DNA from: a virus
Direction: 5' to 3' (one strand)
IMG/VR virus record: IMGVR_UViG_3300018465_000004
Span: 29,019-93,018 of that record
DNA length: 64,000 nt
The notes below the pieces were generated by a model. That model made no database searches. It saw nothing but the letters and a program-made list of their open reading frames with translations, and was not told where the DNA came from. Positions 18,103 to 27,524 of the stretch are shown here, piece after piece. Position 1 is the stretch's first letter; each line of letters begins with the position of its first letter. Position numbers and translations under genes: made by a program.

Positions 18103-18797
18103 ACGGGATCCGTTGCTATGTCTGCAAAAACAACATCGCGGCCGGAGCCGCCGCCACCAAGATGATTGTCGAGTACGCCCAGCCGGACTCCACGGTCAAG
18201 ATCTTCGGTTACATGATGCCCGACGGCCCGCTGTCCAAGGCCACCGGTCGCATGGTCCGCGGCTACCACCACAAATGCTTCTGGGTGATCCGCAAACGCG
18301 AAGCCCGCGGCGACGCCGTCACCGGCCGGGTCCTCTACGGCGTCCCCACCGCCTACGAGATCGGCGCCCTGGTGCTGTCCCGAGAGGAGTTCGAGGCGCT
18401 GGGCCTCACCGCCGATCAGGCCCGCCAACAGGGCACCGCCTACCTCACCGAACGGCTCGACAAGCTGCGCACCATCGCCCGGCGCATCGGCAAAGGCGTC
18501 GGTGACGCCACCGTCCTGGAGGCGTACTGGGCCGACACCCACGCCGGCCCCTACCCACACAAGCACCACCTCCCGCTGGAGATCTACCAGCTCCGAGCGC
18601 ACCTGACCTACGCCCACGGCCTGGACGCTGCCGCCGTCCACAACCGCGACGGAATCCGGGGCGTCCACGACGCGCTACACACAGCCGCCGTAATGGCCGA
18701 AATAGAAATGGCGCGCGAAACAGACCCCGGCTACCAAGCGCCGGGCGAATCGGACTGGCGTGAGCAGGTAGTAGAGGACGTAGAAAACCTCAGGTGA
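18099..18797 (+). CDS. Hypothetical protein with N-terminal Zn-binding motif
   Basis: CYVC...YHHKC. Confidence 0.65.
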   Translation: MNGIRCYVCKNNIAAGAAATKMIVEYAQPDSTVKIFGYMMPDGPLSKATGRMVRGYHHKCFWVIRKREARGDAVTGRVLYGVPTAYEIGALVLSREEFEALGLTADQARQQGTAYLTERLDKLRTIARRIGKGVGDATVLEAYWADTHAGPYPHKHHLPLEIYQLRAHLTYAHGLDAAAVHNRDGIRGVHDALHTAAVMAEIEMARETDPGYQAPGESDWREQVVEDVENLR

Positions 18798-18844
18798 GGA
18801 GCGTCGTGCTCAGCGAAACCGAAGTCCGAAATGAAGAGGCCGAA

Positions 18845-19180
18845 ATGGCTGAATCGACCGGATACCGTTCAGGAAAGCCACATCCGTTGTGCCTGCTCAT
18901 TCGCGAACTGCGAAACGCAGCCGGCTGGAGCCTGTCGCAGTTCCAGGCGCGATCCGGGATCCCGGCAGTCGTCGTCGGCGCGTACGAGCGCGGCGACCGG
19001 ATCCCTCCCTTGTCCAAGCTGGAGGCCATCTTCGCCGCCTTCGGATACAAGCTCGCCGCCGCACCGGTGGGCTGCGACTCGGTGCGCGTAATCACCGACA
19101 TGGTCGGCGACCTGCGTGCCATCGCCAACCAGCTCGAAGACAGCAAGACCCTGTTTGCCGACTCATCCGCCGAGGAATGA
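18845..19180 (+). CDS. XRE-family HTH regulator
   Basis: IRELRNAAGWSLSQFQARSGIP..VGAYERGDRIP. Confidence 0.85.
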   Translation: MAESTGYRSGKPHPLCLLIRELRNAAGWSLSQFQARSGIPAVVVGAYERGDRIPPLSKLEAIFAAFGYKLAAAPVGCDSVRVITDMVGDLRAIANQLEDSKTLFADSSAEE

Positions 19181-19306
19181 GTGTCCCCATTGTCGACCAT
19201 GGACAGATCGTCTTTGTGAATTGGTCGAAGTCGAATCTGTAGGTAAAGCCGTCAGAACCTTTTGCGCGGTCGCGTCCCGCCCGCCCCTTGAAATCAGGAG
19301 ACGGCC

Positions 19307-20380
19307 ATGCCCGAGATCGATTTCGACCCAGTTCACAAGCGAGTCTCCACCGGCGCCCTCGAATTCGACCGACTGAAGTTGAAGAAGGACGAGAAGGCCC
19401 GCATCGTACTGCTTGAAAAGCCCACCTTCGCCTTCGTCCACACCCTGCGCGCACCCAAGATTGTCAACGGCGTCGCGGTCAAGGTCGAGAAGGAGAGCCG
19501 CAAGGGCGGCACCTACGTCGACTACGACATGGACTTCGTCGGCCGCCCCCACTGTCTCGGCGACTACGGCATCCTGACCGACAAGGGTGTTGACCCCGCC
19601 AACTGCCCAGCCTGCAAGCGGTCCACCCAGACCGACGAGGTCTTCGCCCCCGACCGGCGCTTCGCCATGAACGTCGTCAAGTACGGCATGACCCGTGACG
19701 GCAAGCTGGTCCAGCCCTTCACCTGCGCCAACGTGGTCTGGGACTTCACCGAGGGCGTCTACAACCGCCTCATCGACATCGCCGAGGAGCACGGCGCCCT
19801 GGTCGGCCGGGACCTCCTGCTCGGCCCATGCACCAACGAGGGCTTCCAGAAGTTCGAGATCCAGGCCGGCGCACAGAGTCTCTGGCAGGCCAACGACGCC
19901 ATCAAGACAACGGTTGTCGCCACCTACCAGCAGAACCGCATCCCCGAGCTGGAACGGGCCTGCGGCCGGAAGGTCCAGACCGCCTGGCTGCTCAAGGATC
20001 TGGACTCCATCGCCGAACGGTGGCGCATCGCCCGCGGAGAGACCGACGGCACCGAGATGGCCGGCGCCGCCGCCCTCACCGAGGGCCTGGCCGACCTGCT
20101 CGGCAGCAGCGGGACCACCACCCTGACCGCGCAACCGGCCGTCGACATGAACGTCCTGCTCGGGACCAGCCCCAGCCCAGACGTTGTGCCCACCGCAGAG
20201 CAGGCACCGGCAACCGCCGGCCCGGCACAGCCCGCGTCACCGGCCGGCCCGCCGGACTTCGGCGACCTGCTGGGCACCGGCACGCCGCCGCCCGCGGAGC
20301 AGACCCAGCCCGCGCCTGCTGCCGCAAAGTCCGACGCTCAGACCTACGACTTCGGCTTGATCCTCGACGGGATTAGCTAA
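19307..20380 (+). CDS. gp32-like single-stranded DNA-binding protein
   Basis: AGGAG RBS; HCLG...NCPAC zinc site; long P/A/acidic tail; replication context. Confidence 0.65.
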   Translation: MPEIDFDPVHKRVSTGALEFDRLKLKKDEKARIVLLEKPTFAFVHTLRAPKIVNGVAVKVEKESRKGGTYVDYDMDFVGRPHCLGDYGILTDKGVDPANCPACKRSTQTDEVFAPDRRFAMNVVKYGMTRDGKLVQPFTCANVVWDFTEGVYNRLIDIAEEHGALVGRDLLLGPCTNEGFQKFEIQAGAQSLWQANDAIKTTVVATYQQNRIPELERACGRKVQTAWLLKDLDSIAERWRIARGETDGTEMAGAAALTEGLADLLGSSGTTTLTAQPAVDMNVLLGTSPSPDVVPTAEQAPATAGPAQPASPAGPPDFGDLLGTGTPPPAEQTQPAPAAAKSDAQTYDFGLILDGIS

Positions 20381-20438
20381 CCTGGTAACTGGTCGATCCT
20401 GGTGTGCCCCCGTGCATCAGGATCGACCTCCAACGACT

Positions 20439-20473
20439 GAGGGCCGTCCGCCTGTGGGGTGCGGACGGCCCTC
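20439..20473. terminator. 13-bp hairpin between convergent genes
   Basis: GAGGGCCGTCCGC / GCGGACGGCCCTC. Confidence 0.7.
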
Positions 20474-20478
20474 GTTGA

Positions 20479-20958
20479 TTACCCGGCGATTTTCCCGTTC
20501 GCGATCAGCCAATCACGCACCTCGGGCCGCCGATACAGCTTGGCCGAGGAGTCCACGCCCGGATCCGGGTTCGGGAAGTCGGCGTACCGGTTCTTCCAGT
20601 TGGCCACTGACGCTCGGCTCACCCCCGCCATCCGCGCGATCTCAGACGACGTCACGAGTTGGGTGTCGCTCGGGTCCGCCTTCCTAGCCGGACGGCGACG
20701 TGCCCCGCCCCGCTTCGCCGGCTGCTTCCTCGCGCTTGCCCGCCGGACCAGCTCCGCGCGGTATCGAGCAGAGGTCGTCCCGCCAGGCTCCTCGCAGTAC
20801 AAGGAGATGCCCACCATGTTGGTCCGGTTGGTCGCAAGCGCCTCGTCGACTAGCTCGGCGTACTGCGAGTAGAGCCGCAACAGTGCCGACTCTCCTTCGG
20901 TGATCCGCCCGGCCAATTCTTTGATGGCGTCAAGGATCGCCACGACATCTCTTCCCAA
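20479..20958 (-). CDS. DNA-binding protein with C-terminal AlpA/Xis-like HTH
   Basis: LVTSSEIARMAGVSRASVANWKNRYADFP..LYRRPEVRDWL. Confidence 0.75.
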   Translation of the reverse strand: MGRDVVAILDAIKELAGRITEGESALLRLYSQYAELVDEALATNRTNMVGISLYCEEPGGTTSARYRAELVRRASARKQPAKRGGARRRPARKADPSDTQLVTSSEIARMAGVSRASVANWKNRYADFPNPDPGVDSSAKLYRRPEVRDWLIANGKIAG

Positions 20959-21078
20959 AGTTCACACCGCCGTATCGCCTAGTCCTGGTAGCAGACAGTA
21001 CCGTTGACAGCGCTCACATCACCATCCCTGCCGGGGAGCGGACCGGGTGCAGCAGCTGATCTTGCCGCTTATGTAGGT

Positions 21079-21798
21079 ATGGCGTGCGAATGCGGTGCCG
21101 CGGTTACCGCGGAGATGGTCGACTGGGTCGCGATCGGCGGCGCCAACTCAGGCTGCTGCGGCAACGCCGCGCACACCTACGGCTTCCACGTCCCGGCTTA
21201 CAAGCTGTCCATATCGGACTACTCGCGCCGGCACGAACCGGGCAAGCCGTTCAACATGAACTGGGCGTGCGCAGGCGACTTCTCGCACCGCAACAACCCC
21301 GCCCTGCGCGCCAAGCACGCCCAGCTGCTCGCCCGGCTCATGCGCGGCGAACTCTCACAGCTCTGCGAATTCATCGGAAAGCCCTGGGCGGACAAACCCG
21401 TCTACTACTGGGCGCGGTGGAACGGCATCTCCAACCTGAAGGTCTACACCGGCTCCGGCCACGACCATTGGAGCCACATCTCTTGGTGGCGCTCCCGGGC
21501 CAACGAGCGCACCTACATGTGGCGCGACGCCGGCTCGGTACCTACTCCGGCCCCGCCGAAGGGCTTCCCCGCCTACCCCGGCTACGTCATCAAGTACAAC
21601 CCCGACAAGTACGACGCCAACCTCAAGGTCTGGCAGAGCCAGATGAGCCGCCGCGGATGGCGGATCACCGTCGATGGCGTGTACGGGCCGGACACCAAGC
21701 GGGTCGTCCTCGCCTTCCAGACCGAGAAGCGCCTCGGCGCCGACGGTGAGATCGGCCCGATCACCTGGAACGCCGCCTGGGCCATCCCGGTCACCTGA
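21079..21798 (+). CDS. Endolysin: putative Zn-peptidase domain plus PG_binding_1 domain
   Basis: AHTYGFH..DYS..AGDF..HDHWSHISW; C-terminal DGVYGPDTKRVVLAFQ..LGADGEIGPITW. Confidence 0.75.
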   Translation: MACECGAAVTAEMVDWVAIGGANSGCCGNAAHTYGFHVPAYKLSISDYSRRHEPGKPFNMNWACAGDFSHRNNPALRAKHAQLLARLMRGELSQLCEFIGKPWADKPVYYWARWNGISNLKVYTGSGHDHWSHISWWRSRANERTYMWRDAGSVPTPAPPKGFPAYPGYVIKYNPDKYDANLKVWQSQMSRRGWRITVDGVYGPDTKRVVLAFQTEKRLGADGEIGPITWNAAWAIPVT

Positions 21799-21833
21799 CC
21801 GCACAACCGAACCTCGTGCGAGTAGAAGCAACT

Positions 21834-22076
21834 GTGACCGCGAACTTCGAAGCCGTCCTGGACGAGCTGGGGCGCACGGCCTTCGAGGCGTACGCCCACA
21901 ACACCGAGTGGCGCAGCGTCCACGGCGAACCTCTTCCCAACTGGGACGACGTCCCCGACCGGGTTCAGACCGCCTGGCGTGCCGCCGCCCGCGGCATCCT
22001 GCGCGACCTCGCCCGCTGGGAACGCGGTCAGGAGTTCGACGAGATCCTCGACGAGGCGGACAGCGATGCTGGTTGA
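21834..22076 (+). CDS. Hypothetical protein, leaderless
   Basis: GTAGAAG 5 nt before GTG 21834. Confidence 0.65.
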   Translation: MTANFEAVLDELGRTAFEAYAHNTEWRSVHGEPLPNWDDVPDRVQTAWRAAARGILRDLARWERGQEFDEILDEADSDAG

Positions 22077-22260
22077 TCCGGACTGCGCGTACGTCCCCGG
22101 AAGCTACCGGCGGCACACCGACGCCTGCGACCCGATCACCCACATCAGACTCGCCTTCGCCGTCATCGACGCGATCGACCCGCCGATCTTCCGGTCCGTC
22201 AAAGGCGACCACGAGGTCTGCGCCGCCTACCCCTGCACCACGTGCCAGGCGCGCGTGTGA
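22066..22260 (+). CDS. Small Cys-containing protein
   Basis: GAGG RBS, operon overlaps. Confidence 0.5.
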   Translation: MLVDPDCAYVPGSYRRHTDACDPITHIRLAFAVIDAIDPPIFRSVKGDHEVCAAYPCTTCQARV

Positions 22261-22847
22261 AGATCCTCGCTGTCGACCTGGCGGCCAAATACTCCGCATC
22301 CTGCGTCATGGACGACGCCGGGCGTGTTTACGAGCAGAACGACTCCTGGGGCCGCACCGAGAAGCAGTTCCTCGACCTCATCACCAGTCCGTGGATGCAG
22401 ACCAACCCTCCCGACTTGATGGTCGTTGAAGACCTCCCGCACGGCGTGTCGTACATGACGACCACCAAGGCCGTCTGCCGGCTCCAGGGCCGCATCGTCG
22501 AGCGGATGGACTACCTCGGATCACTCAGCTCGGTGCTATTCGCCGCCCCCATCGAATGGCGCCGTGTGTACACCGGACTGGAGCGCGGCACCGGAGCCGC
22601 TGCGGTGGTCCCGGTCGCGGAGGCCCTCGGCTACACCGCACCGGACCTGTCCCACCGGATCCTCCGCGCTGGAGACAAGGCAATCGCCCGCAAGGTCGCA
22701 TCCGACTATTGCGCCGCCTATCTCATCGCCAAGTGGATGATCGACCGCTTCAACGAACTCGGAACATTCGACGTCACCGGCACCGCAAGGTATGGAGCAA
22801 CCCGGTCGAGAAAGAAGCAGCCGGTTGAAAAGAGAACACCCGGCTGA
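22257..22847 (+). CDS. RuvC-like Holliday junction resolvase
   Basis: ILAVDLA, MVVEDLP RNase H-fold acidic motifs; next to recA. Confidence 0.75.
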   Translation: MKILAVDLAAKYSASCVMDDAGRVYEQNDSWGRTEKQFLDLITSPWMQTNPPDLMVVEDLPHGVSYMTTTKAVCRLQGRIVERMDYLGSLSSVLFAAPIEWRRVYTGLERGTGAAAVVPVAEALGYTAPDLSHRILRAGDKAIARKVASDYCAAYLIAKWMIDRFNELGTFDVTGTARYGATRSRKKQPVEKRTPG

Positions 22848-22951
22848 ATACAATTCCGACCGGGGGTTTCGCAAGAAACACAGGTACGCCCACTCACCCT
22901 GGTTTGGCGATCTCGGGATGAGTGGGCGTTCCTGTTTGAGGAGCCAGCCCC

Positions 22952-24136
22952 GTGCCGAAAGACCCCAACCCCTCGATGGACGATCTCCTCCGCGAGATCA
23001 GCAAGAAGTACGACGTGTCGGTCGGCCCGATGTCGGCAGTGGTCCCACCCACCGAGGCACTGACCACCGGCAACCTGGCCATCGACTACAACACCGGCAT
23101 CGGCGGGTTGCCCATCGGTCGGATCACCGAGCTGTACGGCCAGCCAAGCTCCGGCAAGACCACCACCGCACTCCAGACCGCGGTCGAGCTACAGCGGCGC
23201 ATCATCGCCGAGGGCCGTGACGAGCACATCCTCTACCTCGACTTCGAGCACGCCCTCGACGAGGACTACGCCATGAGCCTCGGCCTGGACGTGGAGCACC
23301 CCACCTTCCTTCTCGCCCAGCCCTACTGGCTGGAGCAGGGCGCCGAAGCATCCCGCAAGATCATCGAATCCGGCAAGGTCCGACTGTCCATCTGGGACAG
23401 CGTCGCCGAGATGACCCCGAAGTCCATCCTCGAAGCCGACTTCGACCGGCGCACCGGAGCGATGGAGCGCGCCCGCCAGATCAAGGAGCTGCTCATCCGG
23501 ATGACGCCGCTCATCCACCAGCACCGTTGCGCCGCGGTCTTCCTCAACCACCTCATGGAAGCCGTCGACATGGGCGGCGGTCGCCCCGGCATGCCGCCTG
23601 CCGAGACCACCCCCGGCGGCAAGGCGCTGAAGTACTTCGCCTCGCTCCGGATGAGCTACAAGCAGATCAAGCCGATCAAGGCCCGCGCCATCGACGCCCT
23701 CACCGGCGAGACAGTGGACCAGGTCGTCGCGGTCGACACCAAGATCAAAGTCACCAAGAACAAGCTCGGCAGCCCGTTCCGCGAAGCCGTCGTGCGCGTC
23801 CGCTTCGGCACCGGCTTCGACAACCTGTGGAGCGCTCTGCGCGTCCTCACCGCGTACCGGAAGATCGTCGTCGGAGCTGGTGGGTATCACTACTTCGACG
23901 AGAAGAGGGTCCCCGCACTCGTCCACGCCAAGATGGCCCGCTCCAGCACCGGCCGCCCCAACATCCAAGGCGAGGCCGCCGTCCTGCGCTTCGGCGATGA
24001 GCATCCCGAGTGGCGCGACGCCGTCATCAAGCACGCCATCGAGGTCGTCGAGGCCAGCGGCGACACCCAGCTGCCCGAGGGCGAGCCGGTCGACGCCTTC
24101 GGCGAGAACACCGAACTGATGGGGGAGAAGGAGTGA
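22952..24136 (+). CDS. recA: RecA recombinase
   Basis: GLPIGRITELYGQPSSGKTT, DFEHALD, WDSVA, FLNHL, TTPGGKALKYFAS. Confidence 0.95.
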   Translation: MPKDPNPSMDDLLREISKKYDVSVGPMSAVVPPTEALTTGNLAIDYNTGIGGLPIGRITELYGQPSSGKTTTALQTAVELQRRIIAEGRDEHILYLDFEHALDEDYAMSLGLDVEHPTFLLAQPYWLEQGAEASRKIIESGKVRLSIWDSVAEMTPKSILEADFDRRTGAMERARQIKELLIRMTPLIHQHRCAAVFLNHLMEAVDMGGGRPGMPPAETTPGGKALKYFASLRMSYKQIKPIKARAIDALTGETVDQVVAVDTKIKVTKNKLGSPFREAVVRVRFGTGFDNLWSALRVLTAYRKIVVGAGGYHYFDEKRVPALVHAKMARSSTGRPNIQGEAAVLRFGDEHPEWRDAVIKHAIEVVEASGDTQLPEGEPVDAFGENTELMGEKE

Positions 24137-24309
24137 GCGCGCCCTGCCGCAAGTGGTCCGGGCCGATCTGGAAAACCGGCGGCGAGACCTGCGTCTGCAA
24201 GCTGCGAGCCGACCACGCCGACGGCCGATTCGGCGCAGACCACGAGTGCGACTGCGGAGCCTGGTTCGTCGACTCGGTCGCCCGTGACTGGGCGGAGCGG
24301 GCAGCATGA
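24133..24309 (+). CDS. Small Cys/His-rich protein
   Basis: AAGGAG RBS; CVCKL..H..HECDCG. Confidence 0.5.
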   Translation: MSAPCRKWSGPIWKTGGETCVCKLRADHADGRFGADHECDCGAWFVDSVARDWAERAA

Positions 24310-24629
24310 GCCTCAACGACTACTCCGACCGGGTTGCGGTCTGGCTCGCGCGGAACTTCCCCGGTGACAACCTGCTCTGGCGGGGCCTCGTGCTCGCCGA
24401 GGAGGTTGGCGAGGTGTGCAGGTGCATCGTCAAGGCCGACTCAGGCCAGCGCGGCACCAGGGACGAATGGATGCGCGAGCTGTACATCGAGGTCGGCGAC
24501 GTCTTCCTCAGCCTCCAGGCCACCTGCAACCTCGCTGGCATCGACCTGGAAAAGGCCGTCCACGACAGGTTCACCGCGGTCGAGCACATGGATCTGTTCG
24601 CGCGCCGGCTCCCCTCGGAGAAGCCGTGA
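24306..24629 (+). CDS. MazG-like nucleotide pyrophosphohydrolase
   Basis: LAEEVGEV...EVGDV. Confidence 0.85.
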   Translation: MSLNDYSDRVAVWLARNFPGDNLLWRGLVLAEEVGEVCRCIVKADSGQRGTRDEWMRELYIEVGDVFLSLQATCNLAGIDLEKAVHDRFTAVEHMDLFARRLPSEKP

Positions 24630-24639
24630 CCCGCTCCAC

Positions 24640-25120
24640 GAGCGCGTCGGCGGACCTGATGTCCCCAGGGAGGACCAACGGGGCGCCCATTTTGGGGGCG
24701 CGCGGAAGGTGCCTAAGCCCGGCAGATCCGCCGACGCCAGGTGACCGTAGCAGCGCTACCCGGCGCGACTACAAGGTCAACGTGAATGACACCCGGCCGG
24801 ATGAATGAACCTGGCGATTCGCGGCGCTCACCCGCATCCTGTGGAGTAAGCGGGGCGGCATCGCCAACCCCCCTGGCAAACCACTACCGCGGTGGGCTGC
24901 TCCGCTGGTTCACCCGCTCCGAATGGTGCTCGGAGCGGGTGAGCTTCCTCCAATGGCAGGGTCACCCATGGCCGTGGGTGACCCTGCGTGGCGCGGATCA
25001 GTCAGTGAACCCGCGGTTTCGAACCGTTGACCAGCCTACGACCGAACCTCTGATCAGTTCACTCGGCCGAAAGGTTGATAGGTGTCGTTGGATCACTCCC
25101 GTAACCCGAGCTGTCCGCGG
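24640..25120. ncRNA. Candidate structured non-coding RNA
   Basis: No credible ORF; perfect stems of 11, 13 and 12 bp. Confidence 0.35.
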
Positions 25121-25135
25121 CTCGTTTCACGCGCT

Positions 25136-25378
25136 ATGCGATGGACTCTGATTCGGACGGCATTGGTGGCGGCACTGCCGTTGATGGCAGGCCGGCTGAT
25201 CTACCTGGCAGCCGACAACTTCACCCGGCTGCACATGGGTGTGGGCATGACCCAGATCGTCTTCGGCATGCTCGCGTTGTCCGTCGCGGTAGCGATTCTC
25301 GCCTACCAGGCTGGCGTCAACGACGGGATGGGCAGGCTCGTCAGCTGGCTACGCGGTCAGGCTCCAGCTTCCGACTAG
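25136..25378 (+). CDS. Small two-TM membrane protein
   Basis: Two hydrophobic helices. Confidence 0.55.
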   Translation: MRWTLIRTALVAALPLMAGRLIYLAADNFTRLHMGVGMTQIVFGMLALSVAVAILAYQAGVNDGMGRLVSWLRGQAPASD

Positions 25379-25430
25379 ACCGCCCGACTTCTACCGGGGA
25401 ACCTTGCATGTTCCACCGGTAGAAGTCGGC

Positions 25431-26561
25431 ATGACCCGACAGTCCATCACCGTCGAGGCGATGAAGCCGAAGCTTCTCAGCCTCGACGCTGTTCGTGAAG
25501 TCCTCGCCTCCACCGAACCTCTGTCCACCCACGAGTTCAGCGTCGGCGACGACGTCCGCTTCTCCGTCGACCCCGGTTGGGAACACGGACTGGACGCCAA
25601 GGCCGGCACCGAACCGATCGACGCCGCCATCCACATCGGCACCGGCGCGGCGGCCACCGAGTACCGGCTCACCAAGGACGCCCTCCTCGAAGCCACCTCA
25701 GCCTGCGGCCTGACCAAGACCTACACCGCCAAGGCCCCCGCCCAGCTCGTCGAGCCAGCCCTGAACTACTGGTTCCGCGGCGGCATCGCCGAACGCCGGT
25801 CGGGCACCAAGGACTTCCAGCTCCTCGTCGCGGCCGGCACCGGCGCCGCCATCACCCGCGCCTCCATCCAGCCCTTCTCCAACCTGCGCCTCCTGGAGCA
25901 GGCACTCAACGGCATCGAAGCCCGCTACGGCGCTGGCGAGATCCTCGCCGACTACAAGTTCGTCCACACCCTGCGCCGCACCCACCTGCGGCTGATCGTG
26001 CCCGAGTACATGCGCACCATCGCCGGCTCCGGAACCGACGACGACACCTGGTCGGTCGGACTCCAGGTCAAGAACAGCCTCACCGGCACCGAGAAGACCA
26101 CCATCGACGGATACCTGTTCCGGTGGTGGTGCACCAACGGCGCCACCGACACCCGCTCGGCCACCGGCGCCTGGACCCGCCGCGGAGCCGGCCGCGAAGA
26201 GGACGTCTACGAGTGGGCCCGCGCCACCGTCGACGAGGTTCTCGGCGGCCTGGAGCCCGCCCTCGACGCCGTCCAGGGCCTCGTCGACATCCCCATCGAA
26301 GGTGAAGCCAACGACGTCCTCCGCGACGTCTTCACCCACTACCGGGTCCCGCTCCCGGAGCGGAGCCGGATCATCAGCAACATGGTCGAGGCCGGCGGGC
26401 AGCTCACCATGTACAGCGTCGTCGCCGCGATCACCGAGGTCGCCAACGACGGCGAGCTGGACCCGGCACACGTCGACAACCTGCTCCAGATGGGCGGCGA
26501 CCTGTCCCACGCCGCAGCGAGCCGGTGCGAAGCCTGCCGCCGGCTCATGCCACACGACTGA
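25431..26561 (+). CDS. DUF932-family protein, leaderless
   Basis: QVKNSLTG...GYLFRWWCTNGA; GTAGAAG 5 nt before ATG. Confidence 0.75.
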   Translation: MTRQSITVEAMKPKLLSLDAVREVLASTEPLSTHEFSVGDDVRFSVDPGWEHGLDAKAGTEPIDAAIHIGTGAAATEYRLTKDALLEATSACGLTKTYTAKAPAQLVEPALNYWFRGGIAERRSGTKDFQLLVAAGTGAAITRASIQPFSNLRLLEQALNGIEARYGAGEILADYKFVHTLRRTHLRLIVPEYMRTIAGSGTDDDTWSVGLQVKNSLTGTEKTTIDGYLFRWWCTNGATDTRSATGAWTRRGAGREEDVYEWARATVDEVLGGLEPALDAVQGLVDIPIEGEANDVLRDVFTHYRVPLPERSRIISNMVEAGGQLTMYSVVAAITEVANDGELDPAHVDNLLQMGGDLSHAAASRCEACRRLMPHD

Positions 26562-26905
26562 GTGAAACAACGGCTGTCGCCTGTCCACAACGTCCAGGTT
26601 CAGTCATGATGGATTGACCGGTCACCTGCCAAGGCGCACCTCCCCAGAAGAAGGCGCGTGGCCTCCCCACAGATCGCGGGCACAGACCGCTATCTCGCAG
26701 GGTCCATACCTGTGCGGATTGCAGCGGCCAACCCGCGGACCTGTCGGCGGGTGAAGGCTGGGCCGTCGGTCCAGCCGCAGTGGGCGGAGGTCGAGGGAAG
26801 GGGCCTCGACCTCCGTCGCGGCGTTCTGGGTGCAGGTCAGTTGCAGGCGCTTGGCATACGCCTAGTGGCAGGTACCCTTGGGCTCCCCACACCCGAGGAG
26901 ACCTC

Positions 26906-27247
26906 ATGCCCGACGACGTTGACTACGCCCGCATCCTCTTCGGCCGGTACGCAGTCCACGTGCCGGCCTGGCTCTACGTCCAGCATCAGGGCGACGGGAC
27001 CGTGCTGTTCGTCGGCGCGAGCAAGGTGCCCGACCTCGCACACCCGCTGCGCTACGGCAGTGACCGGACCCACCAGTTCATCGTTGGTGAGGTGATCGTC
27101 CGACCCCACCGGGTCGTCGCCACCGACGCTCTGCGCGGGTCCGGTGTCAGCTTCCTGGCCGGCGGATCCCACGACCTCGGTGTGATGCTCGGCGATGGCG
27201 AGGTGATCCTCGACAACTCGGCGAACGGAGCTTTGCCGAATCTGTAG
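26906..27247 (+). CDS. Hypothetical protein
   Basis: GAGGAG RBS. Confidence 0.6.
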   Translation: MPDDVDYARILFGRYAVHVPAWLYVQHQGDGTVLFVGASKVPDLAHPLRYGSDRTHQFIVGEVIVRPHRVVATDALRGSGVSFLAGGSHDLGVMLGDGEVILDNSANGALPNL

Positions 27248-27255
27248 ATACAGCG

Positions 27256-27492
27256 GTGCGCTCATCCACCGTCTGGTTCGACGACCTCGGCGACCTCATC
27301 AGCATCGACCTCGATCTCACCCGCTATCCCTACCGACTCGTCGAGCGCTACGGCTCTCGGGTCGTCGTCGTGACCCGGTTCTGGCGAGAGAGGTCCGCCA
27401 CCACTGCCTTTCAGGCCGCGATGCTCAACGCGGAGGCACTCGTCGATGCCCTCAGCCACCAACCGCAGACCGTGATCCGACCGTTGTTGTAA
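27256..27492 (+). CDS. Hypothetical protein, leaderless
   Basis: Class II promoter, -10 element 5 nt before GTG. Confidence 0.55.
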   Translation: MRSSTVWFDDLGDLISIDLDLTRYPYRLVERYGSRVVVVTRFWRERSATTAFQAAMLNAEALVDALSHQPQTVIRPLL

Positions 27493-27524
27493 CCCGTAGC
27501 GGGCTAGCTCGTTGATCTGAGTGA

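Noticed and set aside
24640-25120. tmRNA, RNase P, SRP or group I intron identity
   Set aside because: No tRNA-like ends or tag ORF, no GAAAGUCC or SRP loop, and it does not interrupt a gene
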